A DNA stretch of 26,632 bases from a virus (lineage: Duplodnaviria; Caudoviricetes), in the IMG/VR virus record IMGVR_UViG_3300012878_000051, positions 1-26,632 of that record. One strand, written 5' to 3'. The translations under genes and the position numbers were made by a program. Under the pieces are notes generated by a model. It was not told the DNA's origin, did no database searches, and worked only from the letters and a program-made list of their open reading frames with translations. Shown here piece by piece: positions 1 to 8,017 of this stretch. The first letter of the stretch is position 1, and each line of letters starts with the position of its first letter.

Positions 1-1458
1 TCACAGATACGGCGTGGCCAGCCAGATGATCTTGTTGCGCAGCCGCTTGGCAAACGGCGCCTGCGTCAGGTCTTCCAACGCCACGCGTTTGGCTTGGCCG
101 ATCAGCCCGTCAACCCGGTCGCCGATCCAGCGGGCAACCGTGGGGTCGTAGATCTCGGTGTCCAGCTCGAAATTCAGCCGCAGGCTGCGCGGGTCGAGGT
201 TGGACGAGCCCACATACGCCCAGGCGTCATCCACCGTCATCAGCTTGGAATGGTCGAACGCGCCATGCGCGCGCCACACCCGGCAACCCGTGCGCACCAC
301 CTGGTCCAGCTGCGCCGACATGGCGTAGTCCACCAGCCGCAGGTTGTTCTTGCCCGGGATGACGATGTCCACATGGATGCCGCGCCGCGCGGCGGTCGCC
401 AGGGCCCCGATCAGCGTCTGGTCGGGCAGGAAGTAGGGCGACTGGATGCGCACATGGCGTTGCGCCACCGCCAGCGCGCCCAGCAGCATATTGTGCGAAC
501 TGCCCAGCGCCCGGTCGGGGCCGGACGGCACACAACGCATCGGCACGTTGCCTGAGGGCGGCAAGGCGTGCGGGTCGAACCAGGGCTTGGCGGGCAGGGA
601 TTCGTGCGTCGTGAAGTTCCAGTCGTGCGCAAACACCGACATCAGCTGCGTCACGATCGGCCCTTCCACGCGGAAGTGCGTGTCGCGGTTGGTGGCGTCG
701 CCCGCCAGTGCGCTGACAAAGGCCGCGCGCACGTTCATTCCGCCGGTGAAGCCCACGCGTCCGTCGATCACCAGTACCTTGCGATGGCTGCGCAGATTCG
801 CGTAGGGCATGCGAAGCACGCCCAGTGGGTTCGTCATGAAGCGCGCCACCGGCACCCCGCCGCGCGCCAGCATGCGCACGATGGGCGGACGCGAATACTT
901 GGAGCCGATGGCGTCGATCAGCACCCGCACCTCGACGCCGCGCTCGCGGGCTTCGATCAGCGCCTGCGCCAGCTCGCGCCCGATCGCGTCGTTGTCGAAG
1001 ATATAGCTTTGCATCGCCACGGCGTGACGCGCGTCGCGGATGGCCTGCAGCATGGCCGGGTAAGTTTCGTCGCCACCGGCAAGCGGCCGCACCGCGTTGC
1101 CGCCCAACAGCCGGAAACGGCTGACGCGGTCGCCCAGCACTTTCAGGGACGCAAACTGCGGCCCCGAAATGGGCGCCACGTCCACGGGCAAGGTCTCGAC
1201 CTGCTCGGCATCCACCACCATCGCTTCGTCGCGCTGCTGCGACAGCCGCGTCTTGCGGATCCGGTTGATGCCCGCCACGAAATAGAACAGGGCGCCGAAC
1301 AACGGCGAGAACAACGCCACCCCGACCCAGCCGATGGCCGCCCGCACGTCCTGCTTGGTCATCGCGGCATGCACCGCCGCGCCCGTGCCCGCCACGATGC
1401 TGATGGCAAAAACCAGATGGGGCCAGTAATCGATCAAAATTGCGTGTATGCGATCCAT
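1..1458 (-). CDS. cls: Cardiolipin synthase (phospholipase D family)
   Basis: N-terminal hydrophobic helices and two HKD motifs (HRKVLVID, HSKLMTVD) with the GSSNLDPRS tail. ATG at 1458 chosen; the ORF track extends to a TTG at 1485. Confidence 0.93.
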   Translation of the reverse strand: MDRIHAILIDYWPHLVFAISIVAGTGAAVHAAMTKQDVRAAIGWVGVALFSPLFGALFYFVAGINRIRKTRLSQQRDEAMVVDAEQVETLPVDVAPISGPQFASLKVLGDRVSRFRLLGGNAVRPLAGGDETYPAMLQAIRDARHAVAMQSYIFDNDAIGRELAQALIEARERGVEVRVLIDAIGSKYSRPPIVRMLARGGVPVARFMTNPLGVLRMPYANLRSHRKVLVIDGRVGFTGGMNVRAAFVSALAGDATNRDTHFRVEGPIVTQLMSVFAHDWNFTTHESLPAKPWFDPHALPPSGNVPMRCVPSGPDRALGSSHNMLLGALAVAQRHVRIQSPYFLPDQTLIGALATAARRGIHVDIVIPGKNNLRLVDYAMSAQLDQVVRTGCRVWRAHGAFDHSKLMTVDDAWAYVGSSNLDPRSLRLNFELDTEIYDPTVARWIGDRVDGLIGQAKRVALEDLTQAPFAKRLRNKIIWLATPYL

Positions 1459-1550
1459 AGCGACGGCGTAAAAGACGGCCTCCAAGTGGGAACCATGCGG
1501 AAGGATAGCAAGCTGTGACAGTCAGGCAAGTGAAATTAGGGGCAGGGCGT

Positions 1551-1578
1551 TTGACGGGCCAAAAAAGTGTGCTATAGT
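1551..1578 (+). promoter_or_regulatory. sigma70 promoter of tRNA-His
   Basis: TTGACG (1551-1556), 16-bp spacer, then TATAGT (1573-1578) preceded by an extended TG. A 16-bp spacer is typical of stable-RNA promoters. Confidence 0.75.
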
Positions 1579-1676
1579 TCGGCCTCTTCGTTGTTGAGCT
1601 TCTTTCTGAAGCGCGGCGGCAGAAAAAAAAGCGCTGCGAAAGTGGCGCGCGAAAAGTAACACCAAGCAGTACCAGA

Positions 1677-1753
1677 GGTGGCTGTAGCTCAGTTGGTAGA
1701 GTCCTGGATTGTGATTCCAGTTGTCGTGGGTTCGAGCCCCATCAGCCACCCCA
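1677..1753 (+). tRNA. tRNA-His (GTG)
   Basis: Acceptor stem GTGGCTG/CAGCCAC, G-1 at 1677, anticodon GTG at 1711-1713, GTTCGAG T-loop, C discriminator and encoded CCA at 1751-1753. Confidence 0.97.
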
Positions 1754-1771
1754 AAGAATTCCTTAGAAATC

Positions 1772-1793
1772 AGCCGCCTAGAGCGGCTTTTTT
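1772..1793 (+). terminator. Intrinsic terminator after tRNA-His
   Basis: AGCCGC-CTAGA-GCGGCT hairpin followed by a T run. Confidence 0.85.
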
Positions 1794-1909
1794 CTTTTGT
1801 GCGATCCGAATAATTCTAATAAATCGTACCAGGAACAATGAAGGCTGCGCTTCAACTCATTACGGCAGATGTGACCGCAACATGGGCTCAAGGTCGCTAC
1901 CCAGAGGAC

Positions 1910-2007
1910 CTAGTCCGAACTTCGGACTGCCGCTAGTCCGAATCCTGGACACATCGCTAGTCCAAAGTTCGGACACACAAAACACAACCTTCCAAAAGAC
2001 AATCAAA
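1910..2007. repeat. Three dyad-symmetric iteron-like repeats plus A-rich tract; putative lambda-type replication origin
   Basis: AGTCCGAACTTCGGACT (1912-1928, perfect dyad), AGTCCGAATCCTGGACA (1935-1951) and AGTCCAAAGTTCGGACA (1959-1975), spaced 23 and 24 bp, each preceded by CT. An almost G-free A/C-rich tract follows (1975-2007). Confidence 0.75.
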
Positions 2008-2078
2008 GGGCGCGGATTGTTGTGCATTCACGTGCACAAGAAAAGACCGCATTTCCCCAACATACATTGAAAATCTGC

Positions 2079-2107
2079 TTGACCGTTGCGATTCACACCT
2101 GCAGAAT
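2079..2107 (+). promoter_or_regulatory. Putative late (PR'-like) promoter of the tail/lysis operon
   Basis: TTGACC (2079-2084), 17 bp, CAGAAT (2102-2107); followed within ~40 bp by a strong terminator. Confidence 0.6.
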
Positions 2108-2143
2108 AGGGCCTGTGTTGATAAGTTCTATCAATGCGTCTAG

Positions 2144-2177
2144 AAAAAGCCCGCCAGCGAAAGCAGCGGGCTTTTTT
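2144..2177 (+). terminator. Intrinsic terminator (tR'-like, possibly bidirectional)
   Basis: AAAAAGCCCGC...GCGGGCTTTTTT inverted repeat. Confidence 0.85.
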
Positions 2178-2666
2178 GCGTTCCTACCGATCACATCGGC
2201 GCATTGCACGACCCCCTGGGCTCGTCACTAGACCTTGTCCATCCCGCCTCGCGTCGCCATTGGCAACACGGCTCTCTGATCGGGGACGCAAAGGCACAAA
2301 CGCAATATGAACTCATACCGGAAGACAGGCCACTGAATGGCCTGCCGTCTGGAGACGGCTGCGCGCAGCATTCGCAGCTGTCTTTCCTTGGCGGACAGTT
2401 CTATGGAGGAATGTCTTGAAACTCTCGCAACGATCAAACGCGGGCGATACGAACAGCGGCAAGGATGCGCCAGCGCAAACCTACACCATCCCCGCTGCGC
2501 CGGTCGAAATCGACGGCTTCGGAAATTTGTCACTCGACCGAGCTCTACGGGCGCGGTCCTACCTGGAATCGATCACCCAGCAAGCGGAATAGGCGTTTCC
2601 AAGGAGTGGGCATGCGCCCATGAAAAGTGATCGGTATCGCAATCTGACTTACCTGGAACCATTCAC

Positions 2667-3092
2667 ATGAAAAATCTTGCCCTGCGTTATGTGCAGGACC
2701 TGTGCGCCGAGTTCAACGCAACGCCGGGTTTCACCGCCGTGGTGGAGTCCTCTCCCGCACGGGCCGTCGCGCTTGACGCGCCACAGGTCCTTCTGGTGCA
2801 ACTTGGCGCGGAATCGATCGAAGGTGCGGCGCCGCCCAGGGTGACCCGGCAGCGGGAAATCCAGCTCATTGTCCATACCCGCGGCGACGACCATCTGGCG
2901 CTTGCCGAGCAGGTATTCGAACAAGCGCATCCCGTCGTCATGGCCTACGCCGATCCGAGCATCGTGATGGTCGCCGAGTTCGGGACTGACGATGCCAAGT
3001 ACGCCAATGGCGATCTGCGCCGCCAGGTGGTGACGAAGCGGTATCGCATTACGTATCAGACGGATGAACACACGCTGGGCCGTCCGGCCTAA
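2667..3092 (+). CDS. Putative tail terminator/completion protein (gpU-like), 141 aa
   Basis: Size and position directly before the tube gene; C-terminal YRITYQT beta-strand pattern typical of tail terminators. Confidence 0.65.
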   Translation: MKNLALRYVQDLCAEFNATPGFTAVVESSPARAVALDAPQVLLVQLGAESIEGAAPPRVTRQREIQLIVHTRGDDHLALAEQVFEQAHPVVMAYADPSIVMVAEFGTDDAKYANGDLRRQVVTKRYRITYQTDEHTLGRPA

Positions 3093-3143
3093 GAGAAATT
3101 TCCCATGACGTCGAAAGGCGCATAGGGAGTATCGGGAACACCT

Positions 3144-3170
3144 GCGGGCCGAGAGGCTCGCTTTTTTTTT
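3144..3170 (+). terminator. Intrinsic terminator inside late operon
   Basis: GCGGGCC-GAGA-GGCTCGC hairpin (GNRA loop) followed by T9. Confidence 0.85.
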
Positions 3171-3257
3171 ACCGCGCCAAGTTGCGCACACGCTGTTAAG
3201 TCAGCATCAACTGCAACTCAATAGGTCCCGCAAGGGCCTGACCCTAGAGGAAAACAA

Positions 3258-4193
3258 ATGGCTAAATCGACCCGGAAAACGCTTCTGCTGGCGAAAATTC
3301 AAACGGCGCCTGGCGCGGATCCGATTCCGACCGGCGCCGCCGATGCGATGCTGGTCCGTAACCTGACGCCGACGCCCCTGTCGGCGGAATTCGTCGATCG
3401 GGAACTGCTGCGCCCGTACATGGGAAACGCTGGCCAGATCGCTACGACGCAATACTCCCAACTTGAATTCGAAGTGGAGCTCGCTGGTGCGGGAGAGGCG
3501 GGCAAGTCGCCCGCATGGGGCGCATGCCTGCGTGCGTGCGGCTTCTCGGAAACGGTCGCCGAAGGCATTGATGTCCGATACGCGCCGGTCTCCCAGAACT
3601 TCGAGCAGATCGGCTTGCACTATTACCTGGATGGCCTGTTCCACAAGATTCTGGACGCTCGCGGCACCGTTTCCATCGACATGACGGCCAAGGGCATTCC
3701 CGTACTGAAGTTCCGCTTCATCGGCGCCTATCAGCCGATCAAGGATTCGGCGATGCCGGCCGACGTGAATTTCGACGCGTTCATGATCCCCAAGGCCGTC
3801 AATAAACAGAACGTGCCCAGCTGGTCGTTGGGCGCGTACACGGGTTGCCTGCAGACGCTGTCGATCGATATGGCGAACGAACTGGTCTGGCGCGCGCTGA
3901 TCAACTGCGAAGGCGCCGAAATCACCAACCGCAAGCCGACCGGCAAGATCTCCCTGGAGCTGCCGCCGATCGCGCAGCTGAACTGGCCGGCGATGGTGTT
4001 GTCCGGCCAGGGCGCGCCTCTGACGATTACCCACGGCACCGAGGCGGGCAACGTCGTCCAGCTCAACGTCAAGGACGCTCAACTGACGAACCCGGCCTAC
4101 TCGGACCTGGACGGCGTCGCCATGCTGGACCTGGACATGAACGTGAACCCCGGCCAAACCGGCAACGACGAGTTGGAAATCGTGGTGCGTTGA
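3258..4193 (+). CDS. Major tail tube protein, 311 aa
   Basis: Strong RBS (GAGGA), strongly biased codons, position before the chaperone and tape measure genes, siphovirus tube-like sequence. Confidence 0.8.
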   Translation: MAKSTRKTLLLAKIQTAPGADPIPTGAADAMLVRNLTPTPLSAEFVDRELLRPYMGNAGQIATTQYSQLEFEVELAGAGEAGKSPAWGACLRACGFSETVAEGIDVRYAPVSQNFEQIGLHYYLDGLFHKILDARGTVSIDMTAKGIPVLKFRFIGAYQPIKDSAMPADVNFDAFMIPKAVNKQNVPSWSLGAYTGCLQTLSIDMANELVWRALINCEGAEITNRKPTGKISLELPPIAQLNWPAMVLSGQGAPLTITHGTEAGNVVQLNVKDAQLTNPAYSDLDGVAMLDLDMNVNPGQTGNDELEIVVR

Positions 4194-4230
4194 GCGTCAG
4201 CTTGCGGCAACCGTTCAATCTTTACCTGTG

Positions 4231-4260
4231 GCGCCCGGAATTTTCCGGGCGTTTTGCTTT
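4231..4260 (+). terminator. Probable intrinsic terminator after tube gene
   Basis: CGCCCGGAA/TTCCGGGCG inverted repeat followed by TTTTGCTTT. Confidence 0.7.
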
Positions 4261-4275
4261 CTGGAGATCCCAATA

Positions 4276-4689
4276 ATGGCTTTCATCGCAGCCAAGCGCC
4301 CCGTTGCGGCAACCAAAATCGACCTGACCGCCAATGACCAACATGGCAATGCCATCAATATTGAGTTTGTGGCCCAGTACCGCCGGCACATGCCCGACGA
4401 CCTAGCCGACCTGAAGGATGGTATGGCGAATTCGGTGCGCGTCCAACAAGGGCTGGAACTGGTCGAGCGACCCGATGGTTCGCCGGTTCCGCCGTATGCA
4501 TACACGAGCGATATGGCGTTCATCAAGGACAAGCTTGTCGGCTGGCTGGGCGTGAAGGACGGCGGCGGCGACGCCATCCCTTATTCGGAGCAGGCGCTGG
4601 AGAATGTGTTGTCCGATTGGCCGGAGTTGATCGGGCCGTTGTTCAAAGGGTTCTTCAGTGCCCATGAGGGCGCCCGGCAAAAAAACTGA
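4276..4689 (+). CDS. Tail assembly chaperone (gpG-like), 137 aa
   Basis: GGAG RBS before ATG 4276; lies between tube and tape measure genes; ends in CAA AAA AAC TGA slippery sequence. Confidence 0.8.
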   Translation: MAFIAAKRPVAATKIDLTANDQHGNAINIEFVAQYRRHMPDDLADLKDGMANSVRVQQGLELVERPDGSPVPPYAYTSDMAFIKDKLVGWLGVKDGGGDAIPYSEQALENVLSDWPELIGPLFKGFFSAHEGARQKN

Positions 4690-5075
4690 TTGAGGCGGCG
4701 TGCTACTGGGCTGGCGGCGCGCAGGCTTCGAAAGACGATTTCGACCTCGACGAGCAAGTGGTCGAGGCCCTGCGCGCGGCGGGAGCGCCGCCAGAGATTA
4801 CTGCGTCAGCGTCAAAGCCGGGCGATACGGATGGCGATCATTTCGAAGTGTGGCCGGAGAACTGGGATGCACTCTCGGTTTTTCTGGCCTTGGGCAATGT
4901 GTGGTCATGGGTAACGCCCGGTATGGGGGAGCCTGTACGCGTCGGGATTCCCGCGACAGAGATCAAAGCGACTTTTTGGTTCACAGGAATCAAGAAGCGC
5001 GAGCGGCAGCGGATTTTTCAAGACATACGAGCCATGGAGCGGGCCGCGCTCGATGTGTTTTCGGCGAGAGCCTAA
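4686..5075 (+). CDS. Tail assembly chaperone gpT-like segment (DUF1799-like), reached by -1 frameshift
   Basis: The -1 frame is open from the A7 run (LIEAACYWAGG...) to 5075 and contains the EVWPENWDAL...F and IRAMERAAL motifs. Confidence 0.75.
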   Translation: MIEAACYWAGGAQASKDDFDLDEQVVEALRAAGAPPEITASASKPGDTDGDHFEVWPENWDALSVFLALGNVWSWVTPGMGEPVRVGIPATEIKATFWFTGIKKRERQRIFQDIRAMERAALDVFSARA

Positions 5076-5096
5076 GCGACGAGAGTGGAGTAAGGA

Positions 5097-7664
5097 ATGG
5101 CTGACAAGAACCTGGGGGTTCAATCAACGGGCGATGCGTCCGAACGGGTGCGCGCCTACGGCATGGGCGGAGCCGCCGCCGCCAAATATGCGGCGGTATC
5201 GGCGGGGGCAATGGAGGTGGCGGGGGCGGCCGCGGGCAAGGCGGAGGCCGCGAGCCTGGCAGCCGCCAGCGCCAGCCAGGCGTTGGGCCAAGCGGCTGTA
5301 GAAGGCGCGGCAAGCATGCTGGCGGCCAATCGCGTGGCTGTTGAGCGCGCTGGCGCCCTCATGGGGCTGGCCGCGGCGGCCAGGGATGCCGCCGCGGCGG
5401 AGCGTGAACTTTCGGCCGCGGCTGGCGCGTCTCGGAGTCCTCCACCGCAGGATCGGGGCGCGGGTCAGACCCGCGCGGTTCAACCTGCGGGTCCGAGCAC
5501 CGATCTGTTGCAGCGTGCGAGCCAGGTCAAGGATACGCTTGACCTGACGATCCCGGCGGCAAGGACGGTGGGCGCCATTTTTGGGAGTTGGGCATTGCCG
5601 CTGTCCGGGGCGGCGGCAGGCGTTGGGGCGCTTAGCGCCGCCTACATGGGCGGGGCGGAAGAATCGCGGGAGTATGCGCGCACGCTGATCAAGACGGGCG
5701 ATGCGGCGGGCTTGAGCGCCGAGCAGATGCAGGACATGGCGCGCCGCATCAGTAGCGTGGCGGGAACGCAAAGCCAGGCTGCGCAGGCCATCAACCTGCT
5801 TGCGCTGAACACCGCGGTCAGCTCGGACGGCATGGAGCGTGCGGCCCGGACCGCGGTGGTCTGGAACCAAGCGACCGGAACGGCGATCGCCGAGACGGTA
5901 GGAGCCTTCGGAGAAATCGCGAATGCGCCGCTGGCGGCCACGGTGAAACTCAACGAAGGCATGAACTTCCTGACCGCCAGCACCTACGAACAGATCCGGT
6001 CGTTGGTGGAACAGGGCAGGGTTGCGCAAGCTGCCGACATTGCACAGCAGGCGTATGCCGACGCGCTGATGGACCGCGCGCCAAAGCTGGAGCAGCAGTT
6101 GGGGGGCCTTGAACGCGCATGGAAAAGCATCAAGTCCACGGCTATGGGGGCTTGGGACGCCATGGCCAATTTGGGGCGCGACCAGACTCTGGAAGAGAAG
6201 ATCCACACTCACGCGGCGGTCGTTCAGAACCTGGAAAACAAGTACCAAGCTTCTCTGACGCGGAACCGAGCGTCTGGAAATCTTTCCGCCAAGCTTGCCA
6301 TGGCTCAAGATCTGCAAGCCGACCTTGAGAAACAGTACTACGCAACGCTTGCGGTGAAGTCCGAAGGCGCGGCCCGTAAGCAAGAGACGGATCAAGTCAC
6401 CGCGCGCAACACTTACCTGTCGGCGAATAGCCGGATGACGGATGGCCAACAACGCATCAACGCAATCCAAGCGGAGAATGCTGAATTCCGTAAGGCGGTA
6501 GGGGACCTGGAAGAGGGAACGAAAGAGTACCAGGAGGTATATGCGGCGCATGAAACAGCACTCGCCCGCATCAACGCGAGATTCGATAGTCAAAGGAATG
6601 CCCCGAAGGGAACGCCGCGGCTACCTCCTCTACCGTCGCGCTCGACCCCCGCCCCTGTCGAGGGATCTTCTGGCACGTCTAATACCAAGCTCGAACCGCC
6701 CAGCGCTTTGGACGAGGCGAACTTGGCCATGTCTGACTTTGCGAAAGCCCGCGGTTCGCAAGCTGAGTCGCAGCTGATCGGCATCGGACTGACCGCGAAT
6801 CAGCGCGTGGCACAAACCTCCCGTGCTCAGGTAGTGGATCGCTTTCAGCAGATCCGCAGCAGCTTTACAGCACGGACCATGCGCGAAGGGGGAGGGCTTG
6901 AAGCCCTGAATTCGACGGCCTACGCCGAGGGGATGGCTGCGATCGGCCGGGGGGGCGAACAGCAACTTGCCGACGAGGATGCACAGACCCAAAGGCGAAT
7001 TGGCATGCAACAGGACTGGACGGTGGGCGCCAAGCAGGCCTACGGCGAGTGGGCGGAAAGCACCGGCAACCTCATGGAGCAAACCAAGGGCGTGGTGTCC
7101 TCAGCTTTTACGGGCATGACCAATATGGTCACGCAGTTTGTGATGACCGGCAAAGCCAGCTTTAGCGATTTTGCTCGGAGCATTCTTGCTGATATGGCGC
7201 AGATCGCGGTCAAACAGGCCGTTCTGCGGGTAGTGACATCCGCCGTGGGGTTGTTCGCCAACGCCAAAGGCGGAGTCTATTCGTCCCGCAGCTTGTCCGC
7301 CTATTCCAACGGCGTCTATGACAGCCCGCAGTTCTTCGAATTCGCAAAGGGGGCAGGGGTTTTCGGCGAAGCCGGGGCCGAAGCCATCATGCCTTTGAAA
7401 CGTGGTCCCGACGGCAGTCTGGGCGTCAGGGCCGACGTTCCCCAATGGGCGCCGCAACCGACGACTACGGCGGGCGCGTCCGAAGTCAACGTCATTACGT
7501 CCATTCAGGTCATGGGCGACGGCAATGTGAACGAGACGAAGGACACCGGCAACAACGATTCCGCCCGGATGCTGGGCGACATGATCTCTAGCCAGACCAA
7601 GGCAATCATCGCCCGGGAGCTGCGTCCGGGCGGGCTGATCTACAACTTCGGAAATAGGGGGTAG
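5097..7664 (+). CDS. Tail tape measure protein (lambda gpH-like), 855 aa
   Basis: Long Ala-rich helical protein with lambda-type central region and C-terminal motifs (SFSDFARSILADMA, FANAKGGVY, GEAGAEAIMPL). Confidence 0.92.
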   Translation: MADKNLGVQSTGDASERVRAYGMGGAAAAKYAAVSAGAMEVAGAAAGKAEAASLAAASASQALGQAAVEGAASMLAANRVAVERAGALMGLAAAARDAAAAERELSAAAGASRSPPPQDRGAGQTRAVQPAGPSTDLLQRASQVKDTLDLTIPAARTVGAIFGSWALPLSGAAAGVGALSAAYMGGAEESREYARTLIKTGDAAGLSAEQMQDMARRISSVAGTQSQAAQAINLLALNTAVSSDGMERAARTAVVWNQATGTAIAETVGAFGEIANAPLAATVKLNEGMNFLTASTYEQIRSLVEQGRVAQAADIAQQAYADALMDRAPKLEQQLGGLERAWKSIKSTAMGAWDAMANLGRDQTLEEKIHTHAAVVQNLENKYQASLTRNRASGNLSAKLAMAQDLQADLEKQYYATLAVKSEGAARKQETDQVTARNTYLSANSRMTDGQQRINAIQAENAEFRKAVGDLEEGTKEYQEVYAAHETALARINARFDSQRNAPKGTPRLPPLPSRSTPAPVEGSSGTSNTKLEPPSALDEANLAMSDFAKARGSQAESQLIGIGLTANQRVAQTSRAQVVDRFQQIRSSFTARTMREGGGLEALNSTAYAEGMAAIGRGGEQQLADEDAQTQRRIGMQQDWTVGAKQAYGEWAESTGNLMEQTKGVVSSAFTGMTNMVTQFVMTGKASFSDFARSILADMAQIAVKQAVLRVVTSAVGLFANAKGGVYSSRSLSAYSNGVYDSPQFFEFAKGAGVFGEAGAEAIMPLKRGPDGSLGVRADVPQWAPQPTTTAGASEVNVITSIQVMGDGNVNETKDTGNNDSARMLGDMISSQTKAIIARELRPGGLIYNFGNRG

Positions 7665-7666
7665 CA

Positions 7667-7996
7667 ATGGAAACGTTCAATTGGAGCTACCGGAAGAATC
7701 CGCGTGGGCAGATCACGCACCGGACGCTGAAAGCGCAATTCGGCGATGGCTATGCGCAAGAGGCCGAAGACGGCATCAATTCGCGCGTGGAGTCATGGCC
7801 GCTTGAATTCTTCGGCCGTGAAGACGAGGTTCGACCCATCAAGGAGTTCCTGGACAGGCACAAGGGCTGGAAGCGGTTCTATTGGACGCCGCCGCTGAGC
7901 CCGCGTGGAACGTTCAAGACAACAGGCGAGTACCAGGTCGTGCCGCTAGGGGGCGGATGGTTCACGCTGTCCGTCGTGTTCGAGAGTCGGCCGTAA
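7667..7996 (+). CDS. Minor/distal tail protein (lambda gpM-like), 109 aa
   Basis: METFNW..., AQFGDGYAQ, GIN, FLDRHKG...FYWTPP motifs; directly after the tape measure gene. Confidence 0.92.
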   Translation: METFNWSYRKNPRGQITHRTLKAQFGDGYAQEAEDGINSRVESWPLEFFGREDEVRPIKEFLDRHKGWKRFYWTPPLSPRGTFKTTGEYQVVPLGGGWFTLSVVFESRP

Positions 7997-8017
7997 CGGA
8001 AAGAAGGGACTTGGAGT

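Noticed and set aside
1910-1975. Mini-CRISPR array
   Set aside because: Only three imperfect 17-bp repeats with 6-7-bp gaps, too short for spacers, and no cas genes.
1678-2070. 130-aa ORF on + strand (and 1522..1749 on - strand)
   Set aside because: Runs through the tRNA and, for the + ORF, its terminator; an artefact of reading RNA and origin sequence.
2118-2134. FNR box
   Set aside because: Spacing is TTGAT-N7-ATCAA rather than the canonical N4.
2337-2630. 97-aa ORF in the leader
   Set aside because: No clear RBS, atypical composition and no recognisable motif; not called as a gene.
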